From Octopus bimaculoides (taxonomy: Eukaryota), in assembly GCF_001194135.2 (NCBI RefSeq), contig NC_068993.1:53455865-53519864 (forward strand): a DNA stretch of 64,000 nucleotides, in the 5' to 3' direction. Of the stretch, positions 52,044-64,000 are shown piece by piece (position 1 is the first letter of the stretch; each line of letters opens with the position of its first letter). Below the pieces are notes generated by a model. That model did not search any database and was not told where the DNA came from. It saw nothing but the letters and a program-made list of their open reading frames with translations. Both the position numbers and the translations under genes were made by a program.

Positions 52044-52502
52044 CCTTGTTGATCCTGCCATTAAAAATTCAATGTGCCAGTGATTTGCCCATTGAAGATC
52101 TGTAGTCATTGAAGATCAATGACCAGTGATGTTTATTGTTCACCAGATAATGATAAAAAGAAATAGAAAAAATATTGAATTAATTTTAGAGACTTAATCT
52201 ATTTATCCTTAAAGAATAACATTCCTGGTGATATTTGAACCTATAACAATCAGGTCTATATATATATTTTTAAGCCTAGTTCTTAACAGATTAATTACTG
52301 TGTCTTTTTTTTACTTCTGTTAACCTAATTTTTTTCTGTTCTTATCTCCTCTATATTCGTTCTACTTCCTGATTGTAATCAGCTTTTATTCCTTACCTCT
52401 TTTCCTGACCTATTTATGATGGACTGTGGAAAGCATATGATCTAGTGGTTAGGGTATTGCACTTGTGATCGCAAGATTGTGGGTTCAATTCCTATTGTGA
52501 AG

Positions 52503-52838
52503 GTGAATAGCTCAGTGGTTAGAGTGTCAGGCTTACAATCATGAGGATGTGAGTTCGATTCCCAGACTGGGCTGTGTGTTGTGTTCTTGAGCAAGACACT
52601 TTATTTCACGTTGCTCCAGTTCACTCATCTGTGGAAATGAGTTGTGACATCACTGGCGTCAAGCTGTATTGGCTTTTGCCTTTCCTTTGGATAAAATCGG
52701 TGGCGTGGAAAGGTGGGGCTGGTATGCACAGGTGACTACTGGTCTTCCATAAACAACCTTGCCCAGACTTGTGCATCAGAGGAGAACTTTCTAGGTGCAG
52801 TCCCACGGTCATTTGTGACAGAAGGGGATCTTTACCCT
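52503..52838 (+). mobile_element. tRNA-derived CORE-like SINE (family C)
   Basis: A box TAGCTCAGTGG, B box GAGTTCGATTCC, CORE-like CTTGAGCAAGACACTTTATTTCAC, tail ...GGATCTTTACCC. Other copies at 34000-34270 (+), 41988-42328 (-), 48270-48612 (-), 59825-60030 (-), and a tail at 3305-3395 (-). Confidence 0.8.
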
Positions 52839-53814
52839 TACATATATATATGTATGTATGTATGTATGTACACTTTCAAATTTTTGAATGATGATGATTT
52901 TCCATCTACCAAGTTCACTTACAAGTCATTAGTTGGCCTAGCGTCATGATAGAAGACATGTGCCCAAGGTACCATGCAGTTGGACTGAACCTGAAATTGC
53001 TTACTTGTAAAACCAGCTTCTTAACCACACAGCCATGTCTGCACCTACCAAAATATAATTCAGCTAAAGGTACAAATGATGACGCTTAAAAGACTGATCA
53101 ACCTCCCTTAGTGGAAACGGTAAAGCATCCAGTGTAGTATTTTGCAACACCTTGTCCTCCTTACCTCTTCATTTCTACCTCTTCCCCTACAATTCCTCTT
53201 CCCTTTCCTGTCTGTAATCTTATATTCTCTCATTCTTCACCGAAAGACTCAACTCAAAACATTAAATACTTCTTTTCTTCATTATTATTATTATCATATC
53301 ACAATTTTGGCTTTTAGCCTCCACTAATTTAATGGAAACTTCAGGAGAATATTCTGTATTGTTATAGTTAAAACATATAAATTATTAGCTTCAATGCTTT
53401 CACTTTAAACAAGTTTAAGTGTTTGTGTTGCTGTGTAGATGATTATCAGTAAAAACCTGAAATCCTCATTCTTTATATCAGCTAAGATAATACAGTCTAA
53501 AACAATCTGGGGGTAATTAGAATTATGTTAAAATGGTGGGGCATTCTCTAAGAAGGCACATAGTTATGGTTACAAGCTGGAGATTGGGGTCGAAAGTAGG
53601 AGGCTGGTTGGTGTCTGATAATTATCAAAGAAGAGGACCAAAGTGAGGATCTGAGTCACTTTGAAATAAGACTTGTTAAATGTGGGGCAAACTGACCTTA
53701 ATGTTACTGATTGTTCATTTTGAGGACCAGTCCAGTAAGAAAATGAACAAAGGTAAATGTCTGTGTGGGTGGTGGTGGCTGTTTGGCACAAGGCACACTT
53801 AGACTTATTGTTTA

Positions 53815-54170
53815 CTTGTTTCAGTCATTAGTCTGTGTCTAAGCTGGAGCACCATCTTGGAGGGCTTTTAGTTGAACAGTATTTATTTTTTGAAGTCTGG
53901 TTCTTTGCTGAACTGCTAAGTTACTGAGATGTAAACAAACCAGCACCAGCACCAGCACCAGTTTTCAAGTGGTGGTGGTGGGGTCAGACACAAATGATAC
54001 ATACACACACATGATGGGCTTCTTTTAGTTTCCCTCTACCAAGTCCACTCACAAGGTTTCGGTTGGCCCAAAGCTGTAGTAGAAGACACTTGCCCAAGGT
54101 GCCATGCAGTGGAACTGAACCCAGAACCATGTGGCTGAGAAGCAAACTTATTACCATACAGGTGTGCCTG
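53815..54170 (-). mobile_element. Family A SINE, diverged
   Basis: Same arrangement as 11709-12126 with more substitutions. Confidence 0.7.
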
Positions 54171-54703
54171 TTCTTAGGAAATTTTAATAACGATTATATA
54201 TTGAAGTAATTTGCTCAGATGGAGTTGAAAAGCAAATGAAATGCCAAAAGGAAGAAATGGACTTTAGAAAATGAAAGGATTTGAAGTCAAGAATGTACAC
54301 AAGATAATGTCAACATAAATATAGACACACACTCTCAACATTGGTATTTTCAGAGAATGTCGACATAAGCACTGTCAACAGCAGTGCTGGAGATTTGCTA
54401 GTCATTGGTCATTTTTAACCAGTCCTGGGCAAACTGCAACCTGTGGCACTTTCTGAATGGCATGCCTAATGGAAAATTATCTTTGAACTTTTTTAGAAGT
54501 GTGGCCTGTGATGATGAGCCATGTCTCATGTGACCTGCTTCTCAAGAAAAGTTGCCCATGCCTGCTCTAAATGCTCATCATCTTGAAATGATAGGTGACT
54601 GGCCTTCAAATGTACTCCAGCTTGGTCATGAACACATTGGTTGAAGAATTATAGTAACGGGTTATATATATTGCAATTTAATTTGCTTCCATTTTGCTTT
54701 CAG

Positions 54704-54790
54704 ATTTATCGGACGATAGTTTTGATGATAAAATGTGGGAACAACGTGCAATATTTTTCCATAATACAGACAAAGATGGACACAAAGTCT
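54704..54790 (+). CDS. MOSPD2: MOSPD2-like coding exon 4 (D-LSDDSFDDKMWEQRAIFFHNTDKDGHKV)
   Basis: ttttgctttcag acceptor, GTGAGT donor, 87 nt phase 1-1. HxxDKxG motif of the CRAL-TRIO domain. Confidence 0.92.
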
Positions 54791-55188
54791 GTGAGTAGAT
54801 TCCATTATTTTAACTAATACTTCTGGAATTATCTGGTGTTTTATGTTAAGCAAAATGTTCAATTACTACCGATTTTGTGCATTTCTGTTGCTGCTGTGCC
54901 ATTATAATTACCAGAAGGATGCTTGAGGGCTACGGTTGAGAACCGCTTGTGTAGATTGTGCTATTGAAAAGGGATTTTAAAGTTGATAAATTATTTCAAA
55001 TATTCAGTGAATTCATTACACAATGTAGACAATTTCATAAGTTAGAAATGCTTTTCTGTCTCAACAACGAATTCCACTGGTTGATACTGTCTACCAGTGG
55101 ATTAAAAAAAAATAGAGATGTTTGTAAGAATTAACTGTAAATATCTGATAGCATTATTTTGTTGAAGTAAATTCTGTTTTGTTTGCAG

Positions 55189-55346
55189 TGATCACCCAAG
55201 TTAAAATGCACCGAAAAGGTGACAGTCACTATCTGCTGACGGTGAAAAAGTTCTTTGCTTGGCACATAGAAAAAGCCTTTCAAGAAAACCCTGGTGAACC
55301 GCTAATGCTGTTATTTGATATGGATGGTGCTGGGCTTGCGAATTTG
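55189..55346 (+). CDS. MOSPD2: MOSPD2-like coding exon 5 (L-ITQVKMHRKGDSHYLLTVKKFFAWHIEKAFQENPGEPLMLLFDMDGAGLANL)
   Basis: gttttgtttgcag acceptor, GTAATC donor, 158 nt phase 1-0. The FDM-G-GLxN motif is typical of CRAL-TRIO proteins. Confidence 0.93.
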
Positions 55347-55439
55347 GTAATCCCCTTTTGTGATTTTCTCTTTTTATTTTTTGTTACCTCAGGCAATTTC
55401 AATCGGGTTTCAGACAGCTGGTATCAGCCATTATTTGTC

Positions 55440-55720
55440 TTTTGTTTCAGTATACATCTGTTAAATATCAGTTTTGTCACTGGATAATCTGTTAATTATC
55501 TATTTTGTTGCTCTCTACATGTATTAAATATCTGTTTTGTTACTGTCTATGTGTTAAAAAGATCTGTTTTGTTGGTGTTTACATCTGTTAAGCATCTGTT
55601 ACTGTTGACATCTGCTCAATATCTGTTTTGTTGCTTTGTTGTTTAAACTGTTAAGTATCTGTTTTGCTGCTGTTTAGATTTGTTCAGTAACTGTTTTGTT
55701 GCTGTCTATTTCTGTTCAGT
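55440..55720. repeat. Degenerate repeat of about 30 bp in intron 5
   Basis: Recurrent TATCTGTTTTGTT(G)CTGT...CATCTGTTAA. Confidence 0.65.
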
Positions 55721-55870
55721 GTGTGTTTAATGCAAAACGTGGTGGCGGCAGCAGTTTGTGAGAATAAGGTGAGGGTTGCTTGATTATAAATAGTTGAGAG
55801 AGAAAGAGTGGGGCTTGTTACCACCATATTGTTGCAAACGATACTACATGATATTTCAATATCATTTCAG

Positions 55871-55931
55871 GACATGGACTTTATCAGATTTTGCATAAAC
55901 TGTTTCAAATCTAATTACCCATGTATTTTAG
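55871..55931 (+). CDS. MOSPD2: MOSPD2-like coding exon 6 (DMDFIRFCINCFKSNYPCIL+G)
   Basis: atcatttcag acceptor, GTGAGT donor, 61 nt. Close to human MOSPD2 DMDFVRFIINCFKVYYPKYL (recalled). Confidence 0.95.
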
Positions 55932-56385
55932 GTGAGTATTTTCTATCTTAATAACACGGGGTTTGTTAACAATTAACTTCAACAAAGAAATAACTTCTAT
56001 CCTTCAGTTTTCCTTAACCTATAAATGATTAGTCTTCATGTTTATTAATTCTTAAGGGTCATGGGTAATATATACCAATCACATTGTATTGTAACACCTG
56101 GGTAATTTATGATGATCAAATTGTATTGTAATATTGGGGTGGTTTATAGGGGTGGTTTATAGGGGTGATACTGCTAGATGAATTTTTGGGGATCAAACTG
56201 TATTATATTACTGTGGTGTTTTGTAGGAATATTGTAAAGCTAAAAAGGGATCACTTTTTATTGTAGCTAATGTATTTTTCGCTAGCTTTAAAGAATCCTA
56301 ATGATAAAAGAAAGTTTGTTTGCTTTATAACTATTTCCACCAAGTTCTCTTTAATATAAGTTGTATTTCTTTATGTTTCTTACAG

Positions 56386-56424
56386 GATTAATGTTGGTAT
56401 ATGAAATGCCTTGGATTTTTAATG
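56386..56424 (+). CDS. MOSPD2: MOSPD2-like coding exon 7 (G-LMLVYEMPWIFN)
   Basis: tttcttacag acceptor, GTGAGT donor, 39 nt phase 1-1. Matches the human IVIFDMPWLMN motif (recalled). Confidence 0.93.
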
Positions 56425-57514
56425 GTGAGTTACTGTGTCTAACTTCCATGTGTCTAACTTCCATGTGGTTTTGTCAAATATTTTTGTTATTTTAGTTTAC
56501 TTGAATTACACACTGGCTGTTCAGCTCTGTGACTGTAGTTTCAGAGCCAAGGGAGGTAATTCTACATAACTAATTATCTTAGCTGAAAATATAGACCACT
56601 CCTAAAATCTTTCAACTAATGCAAGGCATTCATCATCATCATCATCATCGTCGTTTAACGTTCGCTTTCCATGCTGGCATGGGTTGGACGGTTTGACTGA
56701 GGGCACGTAAAAAACACCTTTTGAGCATAGTCATTGCCAGAACCGCCTGACTGACCCTCGTGCCGGTAGCATGTAAAAGCACCCACTACACTCTTGGAGT
56801 GGTTGGTGTTAGGAAGGGCATCCAGCTGTAGAACCTTTGCCAGATCAGATTGAGCCTGGTGCAGCTTTCTGGCTCACCAGTCCTCAGTCAAACCATCCAA
56901 CCCATGCCAGCATGGAAAACAGACATTAAACAATGATGATGTACAGGGCATATGTAGAGATAATATTTCTCTGTAGAATCAAAACATGGACTATAAAGAA
57001 GGATCATAAAATAAAGTTGGATTTTATGTATTGTTTGTGCACTTTTGTTGTTGTTGTTTTCTCTTAACCAAATATGGTACCTCAAAAATAGTACCTCTAA
57101 TTATTTTTGTGCATCAATTTGTTTTCTTTACTGCCTTGTGTTGTAAAAAAAAAGCTTGTAGCACTTAAGGTTTTTGTTTTCTTTGTGTGTGTTAAGTTTT
57201 TATTTATATGTGTGTCAGTTGGTTATATTTTAATGTTTTCTGGTTGTTGCTGGTAAGAAAGAGACAGTTCATCATCATCATTTTAATGTCCACTATTTCA
57301 TGATTGCATGAGTTGGGCAGAATTAATTGAAGCAGATTTTCTTTCTGTCACCAACCTTCACCTGCTTCCAAGCAAAGAAATGTTACCCCATGGCCAGACA
57401 TGTTTTCATGGAAGATTGGAAACGAAGGACACTGCATATATGACAGTGACGCTTGTCTACAACTATCACACAATGTCAAACCCAAGAGTCACAACACACA
57501 CACACACACACACA

Positions 57515-57554
<40 letters not shown>

Positions 57555-58990
57555 GATGGGTTTCTCTTGGTTCTGTCTATCAAATCCACTTACAAGGCTT
57601 TGGTCAGCTTGAAGTTATAGTTGAAGATACTCAAGGTATCCGACAGAAGAACTGAACTTGAAACCATGTGGCTGGGAAGCAAACTTCTTCATTACTCAGC
57701 CATGAATTAAATAAGATTGTAGTGGTAGTTCAGCAGCACGATGGGAGTATGTGAGTGTGATGAGGTCCTGCATATATGTCTTAAAGAAGTGTAGGAGGGT
57801 CATATAGATAGAGGTTCAAAAGAGTAGGCGAGAGGACTAATTGCTATGATACTCCAGTCAGGAAATGACAAGTTCTGAAAGTGATTATTTTTGTGCCTGG
57901 CATAAGGCCTGGATGGTAGTTTACTAGCCACTGTCTTTTATGTTCTGTTTCTTGTATGATTTTTTTTTGGTGATAGATTTTTCACAAAGGGCATCTGGCT
58001 GTAAAAACCAGATTTTGCTGGTGCCACTTAAAAAGCACCCAGTCCACTCTGTAAAATGGTTGGCATTAAGAAGGGCATCCAGCTGTAAAAACCCTGCTGA
58101 ACAGTCCTCACCATGCAGGTGCCACATGAAAAGCACCCAGTCCACTCTGTGAAGTGGTTTATGTTAGGAAGAGCATTCAGCTGTGAAAATCATGCCAAAC
58201 AGACCTTGCCAGTGTTGTGCCACGTAAAAGGCACTCAGCCCACTCTGTAAAGTGGTCAGCGTTAAGAAGACATCCATTCCTGAAAACCATGCCAAAACAG
58301 ACAGCAGAGCTTGGTGCAGTCCTCTGGCTTTCCAGCTCCTGTCAAACCATCCAACCCATGCCAGCATGGAAGGCAGATGTTAAAGGGTGATAATGGTCTG
58401 ATAAATGTGCTTTCTGTATTTTACAGCGTGGGTGTATAATTTGTGGTGGTTGTGAAAAGCTGTGCTGTGTTGCTGATGCTAATCATTCTGTATATTATTT
58501 TACAGTTATGCTCTATGGCTTATGTTTCATACATTTTTCTCAGTTTTCTGGTTTCCTGTTGCTTATTTTCTTTGTTACTTCCTTGTTTAGTTGTTTGATG
58601 CGGAGTTTCACGCCTGCAGTAAATTAGTATGGGTCACCCTGACTTGTGATCGGAGGCATTCCAGCCATGGCTGTCATGTTTTCTTTTCTTTTTCAAGACA
58701 GTGTGTGTAGAAGTGTATTGTCCCCTGTGTCCCTAAGACTTCAAGGTGTGCTTTATTGTTCTGTCATCAGACTGTGGTCATGCTGGGGCACCACCCTGAA
58801 AGGTTTTAGTTGAACAGATCAGCTCTTCTACTTAATTTTTTTCTAAGTCTGCTACTTAATCTGATAGTCTCTTTTGCTGAGCCAGTAGGTTATGGGGGAT
58901 GTAAATAAACCAACACTGGTTGTTAGGCATCGATGAGTGAGGGCACAAAGGCACACACATATACATATCATCATTACCATAATCATAATT

Positions 58991-59025
<35 letters not shown>

Positions 59026-62000
59026 NNNNNNNNNNNNNNNNNNNNNNNNNNNNNNNNNNNNNNNNNNNNNNNNNNNNNNNNNNNNNNNNNNNNNNNNNNN
59101 NNNNNNNNNNNNNNNNNNNNNNNNNNNNNNNNNNNNNNNNNNNNNNNNNNNNNNNNNNNNNNNNNNNNNNNNNNNNNNNNNNNNNNNNNNNNNNNNNNNN
59201 NNNNNNNNNNNNNNNNNNNNNNNNNNNNNNNNNNNNNNNNNNNNNNNNNNNNNNNNNNNNNNNNNNNNNNNNNNNNNNNNNNNNNNNNNNNNNNNNNNNN
59301 NNNNNNNNNNNNNNNNNNNNNNNNNNNNNNNNNNNNNNNNNNNNNNNNNNNNNNNNNNNNNNNNNNNNNNNNNNNNNNNNNNNNNNNNNNNNNNNNNNNN
59401 NNNNNNNNNNNNNNNNNNNNNNNNNNNNNNNNNNNNNNNNNNNNNNNNNNNNNNNNNNNNNNNNNNNNNNNNNNNNNNNNNNNNNNNNNNNNNNNNNNNN
59501 NNNNNNNNNNNNNNNNNNNNNNNNNNNNNNNNNNNNNNNNNNNNNNNNNNNNNNNNNNNNNNNNNNNNNNNNNNNNNNNNNNNNNNNNNNNNNNNNNNNN
59601 NNNNNNNNNNNNNNNNNNNNNNNNNNNNNNNNNNNNNNNNNNNNNNNNNNNNNNNNNNNNNNNNNNNNNNNNNNNNNNNNNNNNNNNNNNNNNNNNNNNN
59701 NNNNNNNNNNNNNNNNNNNNNNNNNNNNNNNNNNNNNNNNNNNNNNNNNNNNNNNNNNNNNNNNNNNNNNNNNNNNNNNNNNNNNNNNNNNNNNNNNNNN
59801 NNNNNNNNNNNNNNNNNNNGTGCCACTGATGATGTTATTCAAAGAAAAAGTAAAGGGTCCGATACAGCTTGGCACCAGTGACGTCACAACTCATTTCTAC
59901 AGCTAAGTGAACTGGAGCAATGTGAAATAAAGTGTCTTGCTCAAGAACACAACACACAGCCTGGTCTGGGAATGGAACTCACTGCCTCAGGATAGTGAGC
60001 CTGATGCTCTAAACACTGAGCCATGTGCCTTTATATATATATATATATAAGACACATGACTCAGTGATTAGTATACACACACACACACATAATGAGCTTC
60101 CATACAGTTTCTGTCTGCCATATCCACTCACAAGGATTTGGTTGGCCTGGGGCTATAGTAGAAGATACTCGCCCAAGGTGCTGTGCAGTGGTATTGAACC
60201 TGAAGCCAAGTGGTTACAAAGTGAGCTCCTTAACCACATGCTATTTCTAGCATATCAAGCCCTGTGGAGATTCCCTTTTTTTTTTTCGTGGTTTGTATTC
60301 TGACTTTGGTTGTGGCCGATGTTGTTGTTTAACTGTAGGTCTTCACCGATTGAGCTGACCCATGATCAGAGACATTCCATGCGTGACCATCTCATGTTGT
60401 TAGGAATATGAAAGACTACAGTACATAATGTATCCTGTCATTTTGTAAAGGTAGAGGAGATGATTTGAAGGAGATTTGGTAGCTATTTCTAGCGGGTTGA
60501 GCGACCATGTAGAAACACCCTTGTGTTGAAAGAAGATGATGGTGGTGGCGGAAGAGGAGCAGTTATCGAACTGGCAATTCATGACAAATATTTACTTTGA
60601 TTCCAACGCTGGGATTGAACTCTCTTACCTCATTTTGTAATCTTACCTCACCAAAAACTTTAGTCTCTACTCTATCTAATTATACACCTGGCTGATAAAC
60701 TGATAAGGATCGCATCCCACTTTTTACCTCTGTGTGTGTGCGTATCATCAACAACAGCATCAACGACACTATATATATATATATATATATATAAAACACG
60801 CCATCCAAATTCGGGTATGTAAAGAAACCCTGTGATTTCATTTGTCTTCCCTCCTCTTCCTTATTCCCCACTTTCTCACCATCCTTTCTTTTGTCTCTCT
60901 TCCCACTTCATGTGTAAAGCATTATCGTCGTTAATCGTTTAGTCCTGTTGTTACATCACATATTCTCTCCCATCCCACCTCCCACTCTCTATAAAGCCTC
61001 TCTTTATCGTTTTCACCCTCCCTCTTCTACTCTATGCTCTTTCGCTTCCCTCATCTTCATAGTCCCTCTTTTTCTTTTTCTTTCGTTGTCTCCTCTCTTC
61101 TCTCTATTCCGTTCAGTTACGAAACATTGAATTTCTCTGGGTAAATTTCAACGCTGTTAAAACACTGGAGCGTAAGCATTGCTGCAGTGGCTCCCCCTAC
61201 ATCGGAGTGCAGTCACAGCGACTCCTCTCTTCATCGGAGTGCAGTCGTCACAAGCCACACTCCTGTACCGACCCCCCCATAACATTGGTGTGCAGACACC
61301 ACCACAACCACACTCCTGCAACTGACCTCCGGGCTGGAGTGCAGACACCACAGCTAATACTCCATACTCCTTTTGTTCTCCTTGGGTCAGCTTGGTCTTT
61401 ACAGCCACTGCTGCAGTGGCTCCCTCCTACGCTGGAGTGCAGACATTACAACCACACTCCTATAACCCTCCCTATTTAAGGTAATCTACATTTCCTTCTC
61501 TCTTTCTTTCTCTCCGTTTGCCATCTTCACCATTTCTATTGAGCCGTGACAATTGTTTCGATAATTTACTAATATATATATAGCATGCATAAATATCTGC
61601 TACAGTAACTTTCAATGTGTGTGAGTGTGTGTGTTTACATGTATGTTTATATATTTATATGTATAAATATCGGTATGCGTGCATTTGTTATGTTATACAT
61701 TAAATAAGGAACAGTCGTTCAGAAGAGTATTCCGTGTCAACACTGGTGGTGTTCGTCACCTTTAATGTCTTTACCTTTCCTGTGACGTAACACCGCATGC
61801 AGACCACAACACACATAAACACCTAATCACCAAAAAAGCCGTAGGCTTAATGTCTGATACCAAACCAGTGTAAGAAAGCTGCATATATTAACAGTTGATT
61901 GTATAGCATTGCTGTTGAAAATCAGTTTAAATATCAGGTGTATTTATCTGTACAAGTTGGTGCAATATTAGCTATTTCCTGCTTACGCAGTTGCACAATG

Positions 62001-62078
62001 GCCAAGCTCTATTATACTTCAGCTTCATACAAATGCCATTGACATTCAGCAACGCTTAATTTATCGCTCTACGCAGGT

Positions 62079-62119
<41 letters not shown>

Positions 62120-62139
62120 TTTTACTCCAGCTTTTCCGT

Positions 62140-62700
62140 GCTCTCATTTGTTGGTCGGGTCGTTCTCTAGAACAGTGTCTCGCCATTTATTGTTTGTAGT
62201 CCTTTGTCATCGCCTTCGTGAAGTTCAACCTTCTGAGACCAGTTTTCATCACACTTCATCCTATGTCTTCCGTCGGTCTCCTTCCGTACGTCCCTTTCAC
62301 TTGGTCTACTCGACACTTCGTCCAAATGTCAGCCTTCTTTCGTTCGTAATCACATGTCCATTCTAGGTCACCCAGTTTTTGTTGTTCCCCTTTCAGCTCA
62401 TTTGTGCTCCGTCGTTCATGCACACATTAACATTACGCATCCTGCGGACCATGTTTGCCTCAGTTTTTTTTCTCTCTCTTTTTCCATCCTTCACACATTC
62501 CTCCTATTCGATGCCCATGTTTCGTTTACCACACCACACAAGCTTCGTACAGTCTGTCCTTCTCTTGGAGACATAACATCTTTGTTTTTAGGTCACCTAG
62601 GTTACGGAAGCTATCAGAAGTACATTTACGTCGGGACCATCTGAGCATTTGATAATAGTCCATCGTATGGGTGCACTTACTACTAACTATTTTGCATCTG
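62140..62700 (-). mobile_element. RTE LINE 3' fragment, CpG-rich
   Basis: Minus strand shows YEACVVW (cf. YxACV), LEWTCD (cf. LRWxGHV) and GRRPTEDIG/GRPRKT motifs with frameshifts. Confidence 0.6.
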
Positions 62701-64000
62701 TCACAAAGTATTTCTTCTCTCTATGTTTGTAATCCCACTGCATTTTTAGTGTGCATCTATAGTTTACATTTGGTACAAAGTTTCGAGTTTGTACCAAAAA
62801 CTATCAACTCTTAAACTTCATGTTGTGTTCGACCATCGCCAAGATCTCTAAAACTTTTCACTTTGCAGGTTACAAGCACATGTGTGGGGCTGGGGGGAGG
62901 TCTCAGGCCAGCAGTGTTTGGGGTCTGAGGATACACTGTAAAGCTCAACCCCTTATGAGCGAGAAACCCAGGCTAACCCCATATACCGGCCTACCCAACT
63001 ATAATATTAACTCCTCTACATCTTAGAGTGTGCTTCTCCCCTGGATTGATGTATTTCTATAAACGATCCTATATATATNNNNNNNNNNNNNNNNNNNNNN
63101 NNNNNNNNNNNNNNNNNNNNNNNNNNNNNNNNNNNNNNNNNNNNNNNNNNNNNNNNNNNNNNNNNNNNNNNNNNNNNNNNNNNNNNNNNNNNNNNNNNNN
63201 NNNNNNNNNNNNNNNNNNNNNNNNNNNNNNNNNNNNNNNNNNNNNNNNNNNNNNNNNNNNNNNNNNNNNNNNNNNNNNNNNNNNNNNNNNNNNNNNNNNN
63301 NNNNNNNNNNNNNNNNNNNNNNNNNNNNNNNNNNNNNNNNNNNNNNNNNNNNNNNNNNNNNNNNNNNNNNNNNNNNNNNNNNNNNNNNNNNNNNNNNNNN
63401 NNNNNNNNNNNATATATGAGTGAGGGCGTCGGATGCCTGAGGTGTGTATAATATGTACTTTGTATTGATTTCTTCCCTCACCGCAATGTTATAAGTTAAT
63501 CTCTCAGATGAAGAAGTATAATTTCTGCAGGGAGGGAGCGTGTTTACATCCTGGCACAGCGGCCTTTTTCACTCTGACCTTACCTTACAAATATCAAACG
63601 TCACCCCACCAACAATAACACTCACACGTGTCTTTCGCCATTCTCGTGTCTGCTTTGTATGAATGCGTTTATCCTTCTCATCTTTCACTCTCAATGGTTT
63701 CAGATGCCTGCAGAGGAAGCACAAAACAAAGCTAGGAGCTAAAGCAGTTGTTGCTTTGATGTCAGGCGGGTCTGAATTAAGCTGATCTATGACTACTGTC
63801 ATCTCTCTTTTTCGCTGGCAGTAAGTGTTGTGTGAGAGAGATTTAGCTGTTATTTCTAGCTTAACGAGCAGACCTTTGATCAAAGACATTCCAGTCATAT
63901 TTTTGTGTATCCATGACAACATTTATCTACTGCATCATCTCTTTTAATTTTAAGACGGTAGAGTATGATTTGAGATTTGGCTGTTATTTCTAGCAAGTGA

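Noticed and set aside
58427-58455. TTACAG acceptor followed by (A)WVYNLWWL as candidate exon 8
   Set aside because: It hits a stop after nine codons and lacks the expected conserved residues.
63569-63922. 117-aa minus-strand ORF
   Set aside because: No recognisable domain, and it overlaps a dispersed repeat (GATTTGGCTGTTATTTCTAGC also near 60475).

Overview
Repeat-dense, gapped animal genomic DNA. The SINE families, microsatellite load and AT-richness point to a coleoid cephalopod, probably Octopus (inference). One protein-coding gene is supported: the 5' seven coding exons of a MOSPD2 orthologue (CRAL-TRIO region) on the + strand, 19999-56424. It has a 31.2-kb intron 2 and a GC-AG intron 3, and its later exons are not visible. 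The rest is tRNA-derived and RTE-related SINEs, decayed RTE LINE, Gypsy, Tc1 and mariner fragments, MITE-like foldbacks, mini/microsatellites and N gaps. The most notable signal is self-cleaving ribozyme architecture. (1) A type I hammerhead with an intact catalytic core and bulged helix I lies on the sense strand of MOSPD2 intron 2 (21795-21893). (2) A tRNA-headed SINE family carries a minimal Penelope-type hammerhead plus a 3' stem-loop, with six segments at five loci; one locus is a head-to-head inverted dimer flanked by a 17-bp target-site duplication. All structures were read by eye, and no folding, alignment or database search was run.
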